A stretch of DNA of 61,023 nt, filler included, from Basidiobolus ranarum (taxonomy: Eukaryota), in NCBI GenBank assembly GCA_040143965.1. It is 3 parts of 3 records of this genome, joined end to end, with 100 filler letters (N's around TTAATTAATTAA, not from the genome) between each part and the next. Parts side by side here need not be neighbours in the genome. Positions count along the whole stretch, not along the records: positions 1 to 20,335 come from JASJQH010007106.1; 2 more parts are not named here. One strand, written 5' to 3'. Shown one piece after another: positions 1-12,886 of this stretch. A program made the position numbers and the translations under genes. Under the pieces are notes generated by a model. The model saw nothing but the letters and a program-made list of their open reading frames with translations, was not told the origin of the DNA and searched no databases. Every line of letters starts with the position of its first letter. Position 1 is the first letter of the stretch.

Positions 1-85
1 GTCCACACAAATCTGAATGAATTAGATCCAATTTTTTGACAGATTTGACTCTACCTCATGCAATTATCTATCTAAAGCTAGTAAG

Positions 86-414
86 TGTTGAAATTAGCAT
101 TGCCTAAACAACTATATAGTCATATATAGCTTAGTACTTACTTATCTTATAATTCACTAAGATATTATCCATTGTTTTCATAAGGAATTTACTTAGAAGT
201 TCTCAGATATATAGATTTTTCAAACTTGTGCTAGAAGCCCCACACTTTGCACAAATGCTCCTGGAACCTTAATTAACACATTCTACACATTAGTTTGTCT
301 ACATCTTGACACAACTATAAATGTCAACTGAATGCTCAATAAATCAATAAATGAAAACCACCAATTTCTCTAATTCTCCAAACTACTTCCAACTGGCTCC
401 CAAATACTTTAACA
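86..414 (+). mobile_element. Solo LTR, 348-bp family (copy A, ~19-bp internal deletion)
   Basis: Begins TGTTGAAATTAGC and ends AAATACTTTAACA; internal TATAAA then AATAAA; highly similar to 48176-48523, 48918-49265 and 40615-40724; followed at 415-435 by an inverted copy of its own first 21 bp. Confidence 0.85.
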
Positions 415-1180
415 TAGGCAATGCTAATTTCAACATTTACAACATCTGTTAGTACTCATAAGGCAATGCTATCTTAAGAAAGCTTACTACAGTATGAGGG
501 TACTATGAACAAAGGCAAATATCATTGATAATTGGTGGACTGTATGCAAGTATCTCTTTGCAACTTTATCCAATAGTAGTATTCATTAGAGAAATTTCTG
601 ACAGTACATTTCTAGAACAGATCAGCAAATAGGGACAAGTTTAATATAGCACTCTTACCATTGTTTAATATCTGTTTATATCATACAATAACTTCACTAT
701 TAGATCAACTTGGTTTACATAAGTTTAAATTCAGGAATGGGGGACAAATAAGTTTGCGTAAGAAAATTAGCAACAGAGAAACCATTCAAGTCAATTCTCT
801 TTCCAAATTTCTCGATTGAAACAATAATGAGCACTAAGAATGATTAGCAAACATTATTCATTAACTGAACGTCCAAGCTAGCGAATTTCCCCGAAATAAG
901 TCAACTCCATGACTTTGTTTGTACTCCACGTGCTTATTTTGGTCAGTATTTCCCCAAGTCATTACACAAACACGAGATTACTTTGTTAATAAGGAATCAC
1001 CCACTTTAGGAATGCAGCAGATTTGGCTATCGCGGGGTAACAAATAACCTATCTTTCCTTTAAAGACTAAAGTCTAGAATTCGCAGTAAAATGAACGACA
1101 TCTGACTGCTTCAGAAATTCCTTTCAGCTCCAACTTAAAGTATAAAACCTTAAAGCTGCTGACTCTAACTGAACCACATT

Positions 1181-2044
1181 ATGAATAAGCAATCATATCC
1201 TTTCTGGTTCGGAGGTGCAGCTGCATGTTGCGCCACATGCGTAAGTCACCCATTAGACCTGGTGAAAGTCCGACTACAGAACAATAAGGGGCAAGGAGGG
1301 CCCGGGATGGTGAGAGTGTTTGCGAATACTATAAGAAATGATGGTATCCTTGGCATTTACAGCGGTCTCTCCGCCAGTCTCCTTAGACAAGCACTCTATT
1401 CGACCACTCGATTCGGTTTGTATGAGATTTTGAGAAGAAGGACGAATAACGAGCACTTTTCGATCTCCAAAACTATCTTGCTCTCCATGATAGCTGGCGG
1501 TGTTGGTGGAGTGGTCGGCAATCCAGCTGATGTGTTGACTATCCGTATGGCAACTGATGGTAACCTGCCTCCAGAGCTAAGGCGTAACTATAAGAATATT
1601 TTGGATGGATTGATCCGAATTACTGCAGAGGATGGAGTAGCTGGCCTGTTTCGAGGTGTTGGACCTACCACAGCAAGGGCAATGCTGATAACGAGTGGCC
1701 AAATTGCTAGCTACGATGCTTTTAAAATGTTATTACTGGATCGTATCGGGATGACTGACGGCATCAAAGCCCATCTAGCTTCTAGCCTCTTGGCGGGCCT
1801 AGTCGCAACTACTGTGACTGCTCCAGTAGATGTTATCAAGACTAGGGTAATGAATTCCCACACCAATGATAGTGCCATTTCTATCACTGTCAACACCATC
1901 AAAAATGAAGGACTTGGAGCTCTCTTCAAGGGATGGTTATCTGCGTTCATTCGCCTTGGGCCTCACACAATTCTAACTTTTGTATTCTTAGAAAAATTCC
2001 GAGAATTCTACGATTCTCAAATTACTAAAACCATCCCTATCTGA
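1181..2044 (+). CDS. DIC1: Mitochondrial dicarboxylate carrier (SLC25A10-like), intronless
   Basis: 287-aa ORF with three carrier repeats (HPLDLVKVR, NPADVLTIR, APVDVIKTR) and N-terminal YPFWFGG typical of Dic1. Confidence 0.9.
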   Translation: MNKQSYPFWFGGAAACCATCVSHPLDLVKVRLQNNKGQGGPGMVRVFANTIRNDGILGIYSGLSASLLRQALYSTTRFGLYEILRRRTNNEHFSISKTILLSMIAGGVGGVVGNPADVLTIRMATDGNLPPELRRNYKNILDGLIRITAEDGVAGLFRGVGPTTARAMLITSGQIASYDAFKMLLLDRIGMTDGIKAHLASSLLAGLVATTVTAPVDVIKTRVMNSHTNDSAISITVNTIKNEGLGALFKGWLSAFIRLGPHTILTFVFLEKFREFYDSQITKTIPI

Positions 2045-2326
2045 CCATTCCCTATCTAACTCGCACCCGATCTTACCCACATTCATTGTAGACATTCATA
2101 CTATTTGCATTGCATTCAGATTCTGATGAAACTAGACTTCACTTGTATCTGTTTGATCTCCACTTTCAACCCCTTTCCATCACCCCACGAACAAGTAATA
2201 ATAATTCAATTCGTTAGTCATATTTATTGACGGTCTTTGTTAATCAGATCAAGTACCATTCACGATTATGTACAACACCATGTTGTAACTCTGACAAAGT
2301 GTAAAGATGAGAAAATCAAATAGATA

Positions 2327-2818
2327 TCATTTCTTACCAAAGGTCAGAGGTTCTCCAATATTTTTACCACGTAGCTTGACTCCTAAAGCTCTTTCCAACT
2401 TTCCTAAAATCTGTTGGTTAGGAGCAGTACGTCCCATTTCATAATCGTTAATAACGTTGGCCTTTTCATTGACTTTTTGTCCGAGTTCTTTCTGCGTCAA
2501 GTTCTTCTCTTGACGTCCTTTTTGAATGGCTTTACCAACATCAAGACCGATCTTGGGGGGTGCCACGATATCGTCTGTACGGTCAAGTTTAGCAATGAAA
2601 GCATGGTCAGCTCCAGCATGTCCTTTATTTCCAACTAAAGAAAAGTCGGTTAGTACAACTGTACAGAACAAGGATGATAATAAAAATTTCATACTAGTTT
2701 TTTTTTCGGTAGAAACCACGGCACCGGCTCTTCTGGCAGCGTTAACCTCTGAATCAGATCTGGCGACTTTAGCACGTTCTTGCTTTTGTCTGATAACAGT
2801 AACAGAATCCCAGTCCAT
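2327..2818 (-). CDS. MBF1: Multiprotein bridging factor 1
   Basis: MDWDSVTVI...VNAARRAGA N-terminus and C-terminal HTH (LTQKELGQKVNEKANVINDYE); 60-nt intron 2635-2694 (GTATGA..TACTAAC..TTTAG). Confidence 0.93.
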   Translation of the reverse strand: MDWDSVTVIRQKQERAKVARSDSEVNAARRAGAVVSTEKKTSMKFLLSSLFCTVVLTDFSLVGNKGHAGADHAFIAKLDRTDDIVAPPKIGLDVGKAIQKGRQEKNLTQKELGQKVNEKANVINDYEMGRTAPNQQILGKLERALGVKLRGKNIGEPLTFGKK

Positions 2819-3220
2819 ATCTTTATGAAATAGAAATACAAGAAGGTTTAAGTTAGACCAAGTTGCTGTTACAGAAATACCCTTTTTATGATGATCATCA
2901 GCTGCTAGAACCCCATCGAATAAACAGTATTTTACTTGTTAATTTAATTTGTTTATTTTGATTTTTTTCCCGGTGATCTGTATCAGAATTTGAGGATATT
3001 ATTATCAAAATGAACCTAGGTACGTACCGCAATGATGATCTGTTACCTTACATCATCCGTGTTTAGAATGTTTTTCAGGAGGATAATATTTGGTTAACTT
3101 AGCTAACTTTGTTTAATATTAAATCATGATAGAGATCGATTTAGATATAACAACAAATACCCAAAAGAAAGTCATAAATAAACGGAAATTTCATTAGCAT
3201 TTACTATTGGAACATATACC

Positions 3221-4447
3221 ATGCAAACCGATACTACTTTAGAAAATATTCCGCTTCATCCAAGAGTGATCGAAGCAGCTCATCGAGGTAATATTTGGTT
3301 TTGGTGAGTGAGGATAATATTACTTAGTTCGTAAAGACTATACTAAAATTATTTCTTTTTAGTGAATATCAAAGATGCTACGGAGATTTTACATTACTCT
3401 CCTATTGAGTTGGAAAAGAAACTTCAACTAAACGAAAAAGAGACCAAACAACTTATCAAAGAAGTATCAAAGTTTATTTATGACCTGAAGAGTAGAGGAA
3501 AAACTGGAACGGAGTTATTGAAATCTACTCGGTTTTTATCCACCGGAGATAAAGAGATGGATAGATTTTTGAAAGGTGGAATTACAACCCATGGCATTAC
3601 TGAGATCTTTGGTCAAAGGTAATTATTATCTTCAATCCTTTCTAAAACTGCTACTAAATTTTGATAATAGTGGGACCGGGAAAACTCAATTATGTCTCAC
3701 AATGTGTTTGACGGTTCAACTCCCCGAGCAGGATGGTGGTTTAGATGGAGGTTAGTTCTTTTTATGATTTAAATGCTTGAACCACTTTTTAAAGTACGAT
3801 CAGAGGTGGTGTATTTAGTAAGCGAAGGTCGATTTCCACTGAAAAGATTATATCAATTGATTCCTCATTTCCAAAAGAAACATCCAATTCTAAAGGATAA
3901 AGACTTGGGTTCAAAGATTCACATTGCCCACTTGGCCGACCTCGAGACACAACATCATCTTATTCATTATCATCTACCCGTTTTACTTTCACGACATAAA
4001 ATCCGGTTGATCATACTTGATTCAGTCGCAGCCAATTTTCGAGCTGAGGATTTGTTAGTTGATGGTGAGATGAAAACCTCCAAGAATGGATTTTCCATTG
4101 AAAAAATACGAGGTCTACTTCAACTTGGCCATCAACTACACCGACTAAGCGTAAATTTTGGAATACCCGTAATATGCGTAAACCAAGCTTCCGCGTTGAT
4201 GAGATCCGAATTCGATCTAGTACAAACCCCAGAAGATTCAGCTATCCCAGCCTTGGGTTTGAGTTGGTCTAATACTTTGAATACCAGAATCATGTTACAA
4301 AGAGATAGATCTGAAGGCCTCACTTCGGACAACCAACGAAGGTCTCTACGTGTACTTCTATCGCCTTACCTGAGTAACGGATCCTGCAACTTTACCATTG
4401 AAGAGGACGGGATTAATGGGGAGGATTCAGGGGGACATATGAGCTAG
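3221..4447 (+). CDS. RAD57: Rad51 paralogue (Rad57/XRCC3), 4 exons
   Basis: ATG 3221; three GT-AG introns; splicing restores LSTGD..D..L.GGI, Walker A GQSGTGKTQ, GGLDG, Walker B LIILDSVAANFR and PALGLSW. Confidence 0.88.
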
Positions 4448-4674
4448 TTGCATCTAATATTAATTCTTATTTATTGAATTTATCATGCACATTCGTTTGT
4501 CAACCGTAAGAATCATCGTCTGAATTACAGCGTATCTAATCCTGCACTGCACACCTAATAGAAGAAAGAAATGTGCGCACAGAAACAATGTATCGTAATG
4601 TATCGTACAAGAGTTGAAAAAATTCAATCAATATAAAAGACTGGGAAATTTTAATGGTTATACAAGTGTCAAGT

Positions 4675-6135
4675 TCAATTGGTCCTAGAGCCGAGCTGAG
4701 TGGGGTCCTGACTAGGATAGATAGTTTTACCAGTCAATCCACCTGGAGGTGGAGGTGGTTGAGAGAAGTCGCCACTTTCGGATTTGCCCTCACCAACAGG
4801 CTTGACTTCAGAGTTGGGACCTTGAGGTCTAGGTCTACCCCACATCACTTTGAGATCGATATCTTTGATATTGACTTTGCCCATGGTTTTCTCGATAGCT
4901 TGTTCAGCTGAGGCACGAGTAACAAAGTTAACAAAAGCACATTTGGATTTGTACACAAGCACAATTGACTTCAATTCTCCAAAAGCATAGAAATAATCAT
5001 GTAGATCAGGCTCTGTGATTTCTTCTGTGATACCATGAAGGAATATGGACGTCTGTAGGGAAAATAGAATCCTCGAGTTAGTCAAGAATATTCAAATTTA
5101 TCATGGTTTCTTCATAGTAGTTACTTACGATTGTTGGGTCAGAGGGTGGGTTCAATTTGGAAGTGTTTGCACGAGCAAGGATCTTCTTGGCGACGGGATC
5201 GTTAGAGCCATAGTAACGATCTTTAATATTCTGATGAGATAGTTCGTTATCCTCGGGGAGTTCGTGCCTATAATAAACAATACCTCGTTAGCTTCAGATA
5301 TAACTTTGGCGTAAGTTTAGTGAAAAATAGTACCTGTATGGACATTCATCTCCACGGTTACACATTCCTTTGACAAAGAAGGAACACAAATGAGCTCTAT
5401 TCCGTTTGTAATAAGGTTCGTAACGAGCTGATTTTTTTAAGAATTCGCGACCAGCCAACTCAGCTTTATCGTAATCGATAGAGCTGTCACCGTTTGTTAA
5501 TTGATTCTCGATATTTTGAGCGTAGTATTCACGATTTATATCTGAACGAGGAGCATCACTTTTGATTTTAAGTGCGGCATCTCTGACCTGTACGGGAAGA
5601 TCTTTTTTTGACTTTGAGTAAGTATGGTTGGGCGAATTTAAAGTATTATATAAGTATAATCAAGATTAGCTATAACTTACTATATTGAAGATCGAGTAAG
5701 CAAGTTTGACAAACGTTCTTAATTTTAGCACAAGTTTGACAGATCTCAGTCTTCTTGTAACGCATACCAGCACCAGGACACCAACGAAATACTGTAAATG
5801 GACGTGAGCATACTTTACACTCTTTAGCATAATTCTGCTTCATCTACAAGTTAAGATCATAAAGTTAGATTTGATCTGAATAATAAGTTTTGACTATCCA
5901 TAGATTCCTCCAAAGAACATGTCAACTCCCAGTGTCTCTTTTCTAAGGAGTAAAAGAAAACCCACTCACCATACGAACATACGGGTTATCACCCAAACAC
6001 GTCTCACAAAGAATAGGGAATTCCTGTAAATACGATACAATTAAAGGCTTAGTTTGGTGTTGAAGTATTTTTCGTAAGTGATAATTGAATACGTACAGCT
6101 TCCTCCCATTTCTGTTTATTTTCAGACTTTGACAT
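4675..6135 (-). CDS. RBM22: Pre-mRNA splicing factor RBM22/Slt11 (zinc finger, CCCH, RRM), multi-exon
   Basis: Spliced translation contains [70 protein letters not shown], an RRM and YPSQDP. Confidence 0.93.
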
Positions 6136-6531
6136 GTTGAAGTTCTAACAAATGTAGCAAAGTAACAACGTTAAAGGTTAAGTGTTAAATCACGAATTAC
6201 CTCACTTGAACAATAAAAAAATCATGAAAAAAATGGATTAAAGACGTGATAAATATTTGATTAGAAATAAATGATGATATGAAATATTAATAATTCGCAC
6301 AGCATTAACTACGTGACCAAACCATTACAATATTTAATTTCCATAGTATCTTTGCATTCCAATTTAACCTGCGGTTGAATGAATTTATTTTTGTCAACAT
6401 ACATTCATTCGTATACATGAAATGGACTATAAATTAATAGTGACATATGATCTCAAGAGTTCAAAAGTAACAAATTAAATGATAAGGAAAAGGCATGCTT
6501 ATATTCTTTTATTTTTACGATACATGAAAAT

Positions 6532-7136
6532 TTAAGCCTTGACAGCGAACTTTCTTTGAGGGAAGTGAATATCCTTCTTTTGTTGTCTCAAGGTCTTACG
6601 AGTGGCTTCGAACTTGGTCATACGACGACGAATGGCACGAGTTTTCTTGTGACGAAGATCCAAAGGAAGGTATTTACGACCTTCTTGTTTGTACAAGAGA
6701 CGAATGTTTTGACGTTCAGTTTGAGTGATAACAGTCAAAACACGAGCAATAGACTTGCGGACGGAGTTGCTAATGGGTTGGAATATAAGTCAGCTAGTTG
6801 CAGGTTGCGTATTTACTACATATTACTTACATCTTGGTCAACTTGGAAGCGGCACCGCCAGCAATCTTTTGAACTCTTAAAGAAGAGAGCTCTTGCTTGA
6901 GCTCATCAAGTTCCTTCTTTAATTCGTCCTTGGACTTGTTACGGAGTTCGTGGGCTGAGACCTTGGCCTATTCATTCAAAACAAGGAATTAGCAATCATG
7001 TACATAAAGTATAACGTGTGTGTCGTTGGATGTATGCATGTTTGATATCGATAGATTAACTAAATATATATTGAGACCGTGGCTCTTGTTACATGAAAAC
7101 TTAGTAACTTAATTCCGATTTGAGAATACTAACCAT
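6532..7136 (-). CDS. RPL35: 60S ribosomal protein uL29 (L35), 3 exons
   Basis: ATG directly before intron 6968-7133; [11 protein letters not shown]...LRVQKIAGG...[15 protein letters not shown]...[10 protein letters not shown]. Confidence 0.95.
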
Positions 7137-7499
7137 TTCTATTAGAATAAAGTAACGAAGGGCTTGGAGAAGAAAGAGAAAGAGTTACAAAATCTGGTGA
7201 TTTTAAGGTATCCAACCATTTTCATTTTCATGCCCCCTATTATTTTCGATTTGGACCCCATTTTGGAGATCAGTTGAATTCCTAAAATTATTCATAATCT
7301 AAGGGTAAATTTGAAAGATATGGGACACTTTTTTTATGGTTTGGAAAGAAATGGATTTATTCAAAAATATTCAAATTTACATCCTCTTGAATTTATATTG
7401 TCATTAAAAGAAATATTGACCTGTTTTGTTTAAAGGATTTAAACTCCGAATGAATAATAAAATGAATATGACATTATCTAATGCTTATCGGCATTAGTA

Positions 7500-10400
7500 T
7501 TAGGAAGTACTTCTGCGTAATGAAGGTGCTGTAACTTTTCTAGTAGGTCTACGGACTGCTCCATAAAAGCTAGTACGTACATTAGGAGTTCCCACAAATC
7601 TTTGTTGACTAATGATATCACGAGCGGCGGCTTGGAATCTCATCCGTTCATGAGTCATGAGTGGACGACGTTCTTGATCTTGATATCCAGGTCTTTGGTC
7701 AGTAGAACCTCCAAAATCAGGCAGTAAGCGAAGAATGAATCCAACAGGTAAAGATAAACTACCAATGAACACAGTACCCATCCAGCGATTGAAGCTAAGG
7801 TGGGTAGTACCAAAGGCAGCACCACCAAATTCGACGATGACAATTTGACCGACAATCACGAACAATTGAACCAAAATAAACAAAGAATTCTTGGAGATTC
7901 CGCGGAAGATGTTGATATGATCATCAATACGACGGCAATTCAATTCGTTGAATACTTGCAGGAACACAAATGAGTTAAATACCAGTGTTTGTAAAGTAAG
8001 TGGATGATCCTCTTCGACAAGACCGAATAATTTTGCTCCTGAATAGAGTAGTGTCAAATTAAGTATAATTTGGAAAATTGCTTGGCCAATAATCATTCTC
8101 CACATTTTCTTGTTGATCAAGGAAGCATCACGAGAAGTAGGGTATCTTTCAAGAACATCATCAGAGGGTGGCTCAGTAGCTAATGCAAGAGCAGCTAAAG
8201 TATCCATAATCAAATTAACCCAAAGAAGTTGAACTGCAGTAAGGATGGATTGATTTTCGGTACTGGTAGCAGCGCTTACAAAAGCAAGGATTACAGCGGT
8301 GATGTTTACAGTCAGTTGGAATTGTAAAAACTTTCTCACACTGTCGTTGACAGCTCGTCCCCATTTCAAAGCCTTGACAATTGAAACGAAATTATCATCC
8401 ATCAAAATAATTGATGACGCTTCTTTAGCAACCTCTGTTCCAGTAATACCCATACTGAAGCCAACATCAGCCATTTTAAGTGCTGGACCATCATTAGTTC
8501 CATCACCAGTGACAGCGACTACCTCACCTAACTCCTGCAATGTTTTAACAACAATTTGTTTATCAGTTGGGGAGGATCTGGCGAGAACTTGAAGTCTAGG
8601 GATCATCTTCACGCGTTCTTCGTGACTGAGTTTTCTGAATTCTGGACCAGTGATGGCAATACCTCCTTTGGTAAAGATGCCAGCTTTAGTAGCAATGGCC
8701 TTGGCAGTCTGAACATTATCACCAGTAATCATACGAACGTAAACACCAGCACGCTTGCAAGCTTCGATGGATTCGATTACTCCATCACGCAAAGGATCTT
8801 GTATACCAACAATACCAATACAAATCAAATCGTGGTTGGGAGCATCACACTCATCCAAATCATCTACTTCGGACTGGGTGACATCACGGTAGGCAATACA
8901 TATAGTACGAAGGGCATTGTTTGCGAAATCAGATATGTTCTTTTCAAAGGATTTCTTGACTTCGTCATTTAATTCTTTGACACACGCATTATCTGCAATA
9001 TAGTGAGTGCAGGAACCCAAGACAATTTCGGATGCGCCTTTGACATGAATACGGAATTCACTGGCCTTATCACCAAGACCTTTCGCCTTTGCTGGAATCA
9101 CAGTAGTCATAGTTTTTCTCTCAGAAGCAAAAGGATAAACTTTTACAGGGCTTGCATCCCCTCTGATTTGGTTGTAATCGGCACCAAGTTTTTTGGTGAA
9201 GTTCAGTAGGGCAGATTCTGTTTTGGATCCAATGAACGATAATTGACCTTTGTCGTCTTTGCCTTCGAATGCAGTGGAGTTAACGGAGACAGATTCGCAC
9301 AATAATTCCGCAACAGAATTTGGGAGTTTTTCTTTAAACGAATCAATCTTGCTATGATCTTCAACAACCTCACCTGCGATAACACCCGCTACAACGGTCA
9401 TTTTATTCTGAGTGAGTGTACCAGTTTTGTCGGAGCAGACAGTGGTAGCATTTCCCATGGTCTCACATGCAGCCAAAACACGCACTAAATTCTGATCCTT
9501 GATCATTTGAGTGGTAGCGTAGGCTAGAGCTAAAGTTACGGCCATTGGAAGGCCTTCCGGAACAGCTACAACCACAATAGTGATTGCTTGAATAAGAATG
9601 CTAACTAAAACGGCAAACACCTCCGCTCCATTCTTGGATTCACCACTAAGTGCGTTGGTTATGATATATTTTGTGATGAGAGTGACAAGCATTAACACTG
9701 CAGCGGAGATACCAAGCTTAGCAATAGATTCAGCCAGGACATCTAATTTAACTTGTAGAGGTGTCTCTTGATTTTCGTTTTCTCGCATAGCCATCATGGT
9801 TTTACCATTATAGGAGTTAGGGCCAACGGCAACCACAATTACTCTGCCCACGCCTTCCAAAACTTTAGAACCACTTAGTACGAAAGGATCTTTTTCTGTA
9901 TTCTTCTTCAAAGGATCCGATTCACCAGTGGCACTAGATTCATCGCAGACAAGGTTGTGACCTTCAATATAAATACCATCAACTGGCATAATGTCCCCAG
10001 GTTCAACAAGAAGAATTTCACCAACTTTGATATCGAAAACAGAGATTTCTTGCTCTCTACCATCACGAATAACCTAGTAATAACGATTAGTCGGTAAAAA
10101 TCGAACCAGTTAACAGTCTTAACATACCTTGACATATCTATCCTCTTTTTTAGCATTGAGCTTACGAAATTGTGATTCTTTTTGGTAATCATTTATAGCA
10201 TTGGTAAACACTACCACGGCAACAGCGACGAGAATAGCGACACCTTTGGAGTAGATATATATGAATAAATTGCAAAAAATCAATTAAATCCCAGAGTAGA
10301 ACTAACCTTCAACCCACCCAACCTTAGGATCGCGTGGTAGAGAATAATCTTCGTATATACCAATGGCGAGAGAAATAAATGCGGCAATACTTAACATGAC

Positions 10401-10880
10401 TAGTTTTGAAAAAGTAAGAGGAATCAGTTAGTATGACGCGTAAGATCAGAGGAATCGCGGTAAAGTTTTCTTACTTAAAGTCTTGTCATCATAAGCTTCG
10501 CTTACCAAAGACCAGAAAGATTGTTGTTGAGTAGACGGCAATATCTACAAAGTTATACATAATTGGTCAAGGCTCTAAAGTTTAAGAGATATAACGAGTA
10601 TTATTACATTCTTGCCAAAAGCCTCTTGTCTCTCATCAAAAGCTAATTCCGATTCGCCGGTAGCGGTAGCACTAAGTTGTTCATCGTTGCTTAAACCAGT
10701 TTTAAGGTCCACTTGCAAGCTTTTGGCTAAACCTTCAGCCCCACCTAAAGCCTTAAGCTTATCTATGGACTTGGGGTCAAATAACTCACATAGTTGACTA
10801 CAGGTGATTTCAAAGCTGTTACTTCCTCCATGATCACGACCATTAAGTAGGCCTTGCTCCTCAGATTCCCTTGGAGACAT
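7500..10880 (-). CDS. PMC1: P2B (PMCA-type) calcium-transporting ATPase, 5 exons
   Basis: TGES, VPEGLP, DKTGTLT, TGDGTND and QLLWVNLIMD motifs; four GT-AG introns between ~10074 and ~10607. Confidence 0.95.
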
Positions 10881-11447
10881 TCTACGATACTACTCTAAGT
10901 AATTCTAGTCGGGGAGACAAATAAAAGAACCAAGGAGTAGGAGGAGGTTATGTCAAGTAAAGATTTGAAGAATACGTGACAAAAGCTAGGCATTAATTTA
11001 TAGCAACCAGTGGCGATTATAGACTATTCCATGTTGTATGCTACGACTTGGTATTAATGATTCTCAGGTTGATTCATTTCCATTCCTGGAGGATGGATAA
11101 TGACCACCTATCGATGTAAACAACTCCGAACGATAATGCTCAGATAAATCGACATCGATGTGTGGCACTGAATCAATTTGGAATAGGCATAGTCGGCGTA
11201 AACTATCACACCGTTTTGTTTGTTGCTGTTTATCCGATCTATTGATCAAATAGGGATGGGTCCCTCGAATGAGGCTATATGGGCTAACATCAGGGAATCA
11301 TCAATGGAACCTTTTTGATGGACTAATGTGTCAACAGAGCCAAAAAGAGTCTATCCAAGATATTGTCCGATTTTTCTACCAACATTAATTCCTATTTGCC
11401 AAGTAGGCAATGTTTTTAACTTGGCGATTCATTTATTACCCAAGAGC

Positions 11448-11495
11448 GAATCTACAAGGAATGGGCATGATGAATCTACAAGGAATGGGCATGAT
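11448..11495. repeat. Perfect 24-bp tandem duplication
   Basis: GAATCTACAAGGAATGGGCATGAT twice, in the divergent PMC1/SDO1 intergenic region. Confidence 0.9.
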
Positions 11496-11781
11496 CGTAG
11501 TGCGCATTGCTATGGTCATGGATGAATTATAACAATAAATCACGAAGATCCAACAATCTAAACAAACTTCATTCCAGCATGATTAAGGGCTACTTGATTA
11601 AAAATCATAGTAACCTTACGAAACTGAATTTAAATCAGGTTTAAGAAGAAAAAAAAGAATTCATAATCACCTGCGGATTTTCCAAATAAACCAAAAATAT
11701 AAGGATGATAAATGGAAAGTACTGGATTTAATAAACTCTAATTTGTTACCGTTTTACTCGTCACTTTTCTTATTCTTCAAC

Positions 11782-12778
11782 ATGTCCCTTTTTCAACCAA
11801 GTAATCAAATCAAGTATGTTCTCCTTCCCTTGTATTTTGAACCGCAGGAAAACTAACAGGACATCCATATTTCAGATTAACTAATGTTTCAGTAGTCCGT
11901 CTCAAGAAAGGAGGCAAGCGTTTTGAAGTAGCTTGCTATAAAAACAAGATCATAGAATGGAGAAATAATATGTCGGTATTGCTACATATCTACTTATAGT
12001 AGTAAAAAAAATAACTAACATATTTCCTAAAGTGAGACCGACCTTGATGAGGTGCTTCAAATTCATTCTATCTTCACCAACGTCTCCAAAGGACATATCG
12101 CCAGTAAAGATGAGTTAAAAAAAGCTTTCAAGATCGAGGACCAAGAAAAGATTATACAAGAGGTGAGTGAAGCTTGTTTTTAGGTCAAAATTTCCTTTAC
12201 AAACTCTGACACTATATCCAGATTTTGAAGAAGGGTCAAGAGCAAGTGAGTGAGAAGGAACGTGCACACCAGCTCGATAACATGTATCGTGATATCGCCA
12301 CTATTGTTACTGAAAAATGCATCAACCCTGAAACTAAGAGACCATATACGGTGACATTAATCGAAAAGGCCATGGGTGAACTTCATTTCTCTGTTCATCC
12401 TAACAAAAACAGCAAACAACAGGTAGGCAGTTGATTAGATCTCCTTGTCGGATCATTCCAACTAAATTTCATATATAGGCGTTGGATGTAATTAGACAAT
12501 TACAAGAAAAGAACATCATTCCAATTGCCCGTGCACAAATGCGTGTACGTATCACTGTGCCCGGGAAAGAAGGCAAGCATGTGAAGGAGAAGCTTATGGC
12601 TTTCGTTGCCTCCGTAGAGGACGAAGATTGGGGAGAAGAGTATGAGCTCATTTGTCGTATTGATCCTGGACATTATCGTGGCATTAGTGAAACACTTCAA
12701 ACTGAAACTAAAGGTAGAGGTCAGCTTGAAATGTTGAATCTTCGCGAAACTGAGGAAGGCGATGGGAAATTCGCTTAA
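11782..12778 (+). CDS. SDO1: Ribosome maturation factor SBDS/Sdo1, 5 exons
   Basis: [66 protein letters not shown] across GT-AG introns. Confidence 0.95.
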
Positions 12779-12886
12779 AGTCGGTTAAATACAGTGGTTA
12801 TGTATAAAATATAGATTTTGTTCAAGAAATGAATAAAAGAATAAAAATTTCAACAGTCTAAAATGGGTTTTTACTTATTATCGATT

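Noticed and set aside
2888..3040. Two ATGATGA (box C-like) motifs upstream of MBF1
   Set aside because: No suitably placed CTGA box D or terminal stem, so a snoRNA is not supported
11972..12032. Unusual GTCGGT donor in SDO1 intron 2
   Set aside because: Still GT-AG with a CTAAC branch point and correct frame; not U12-type
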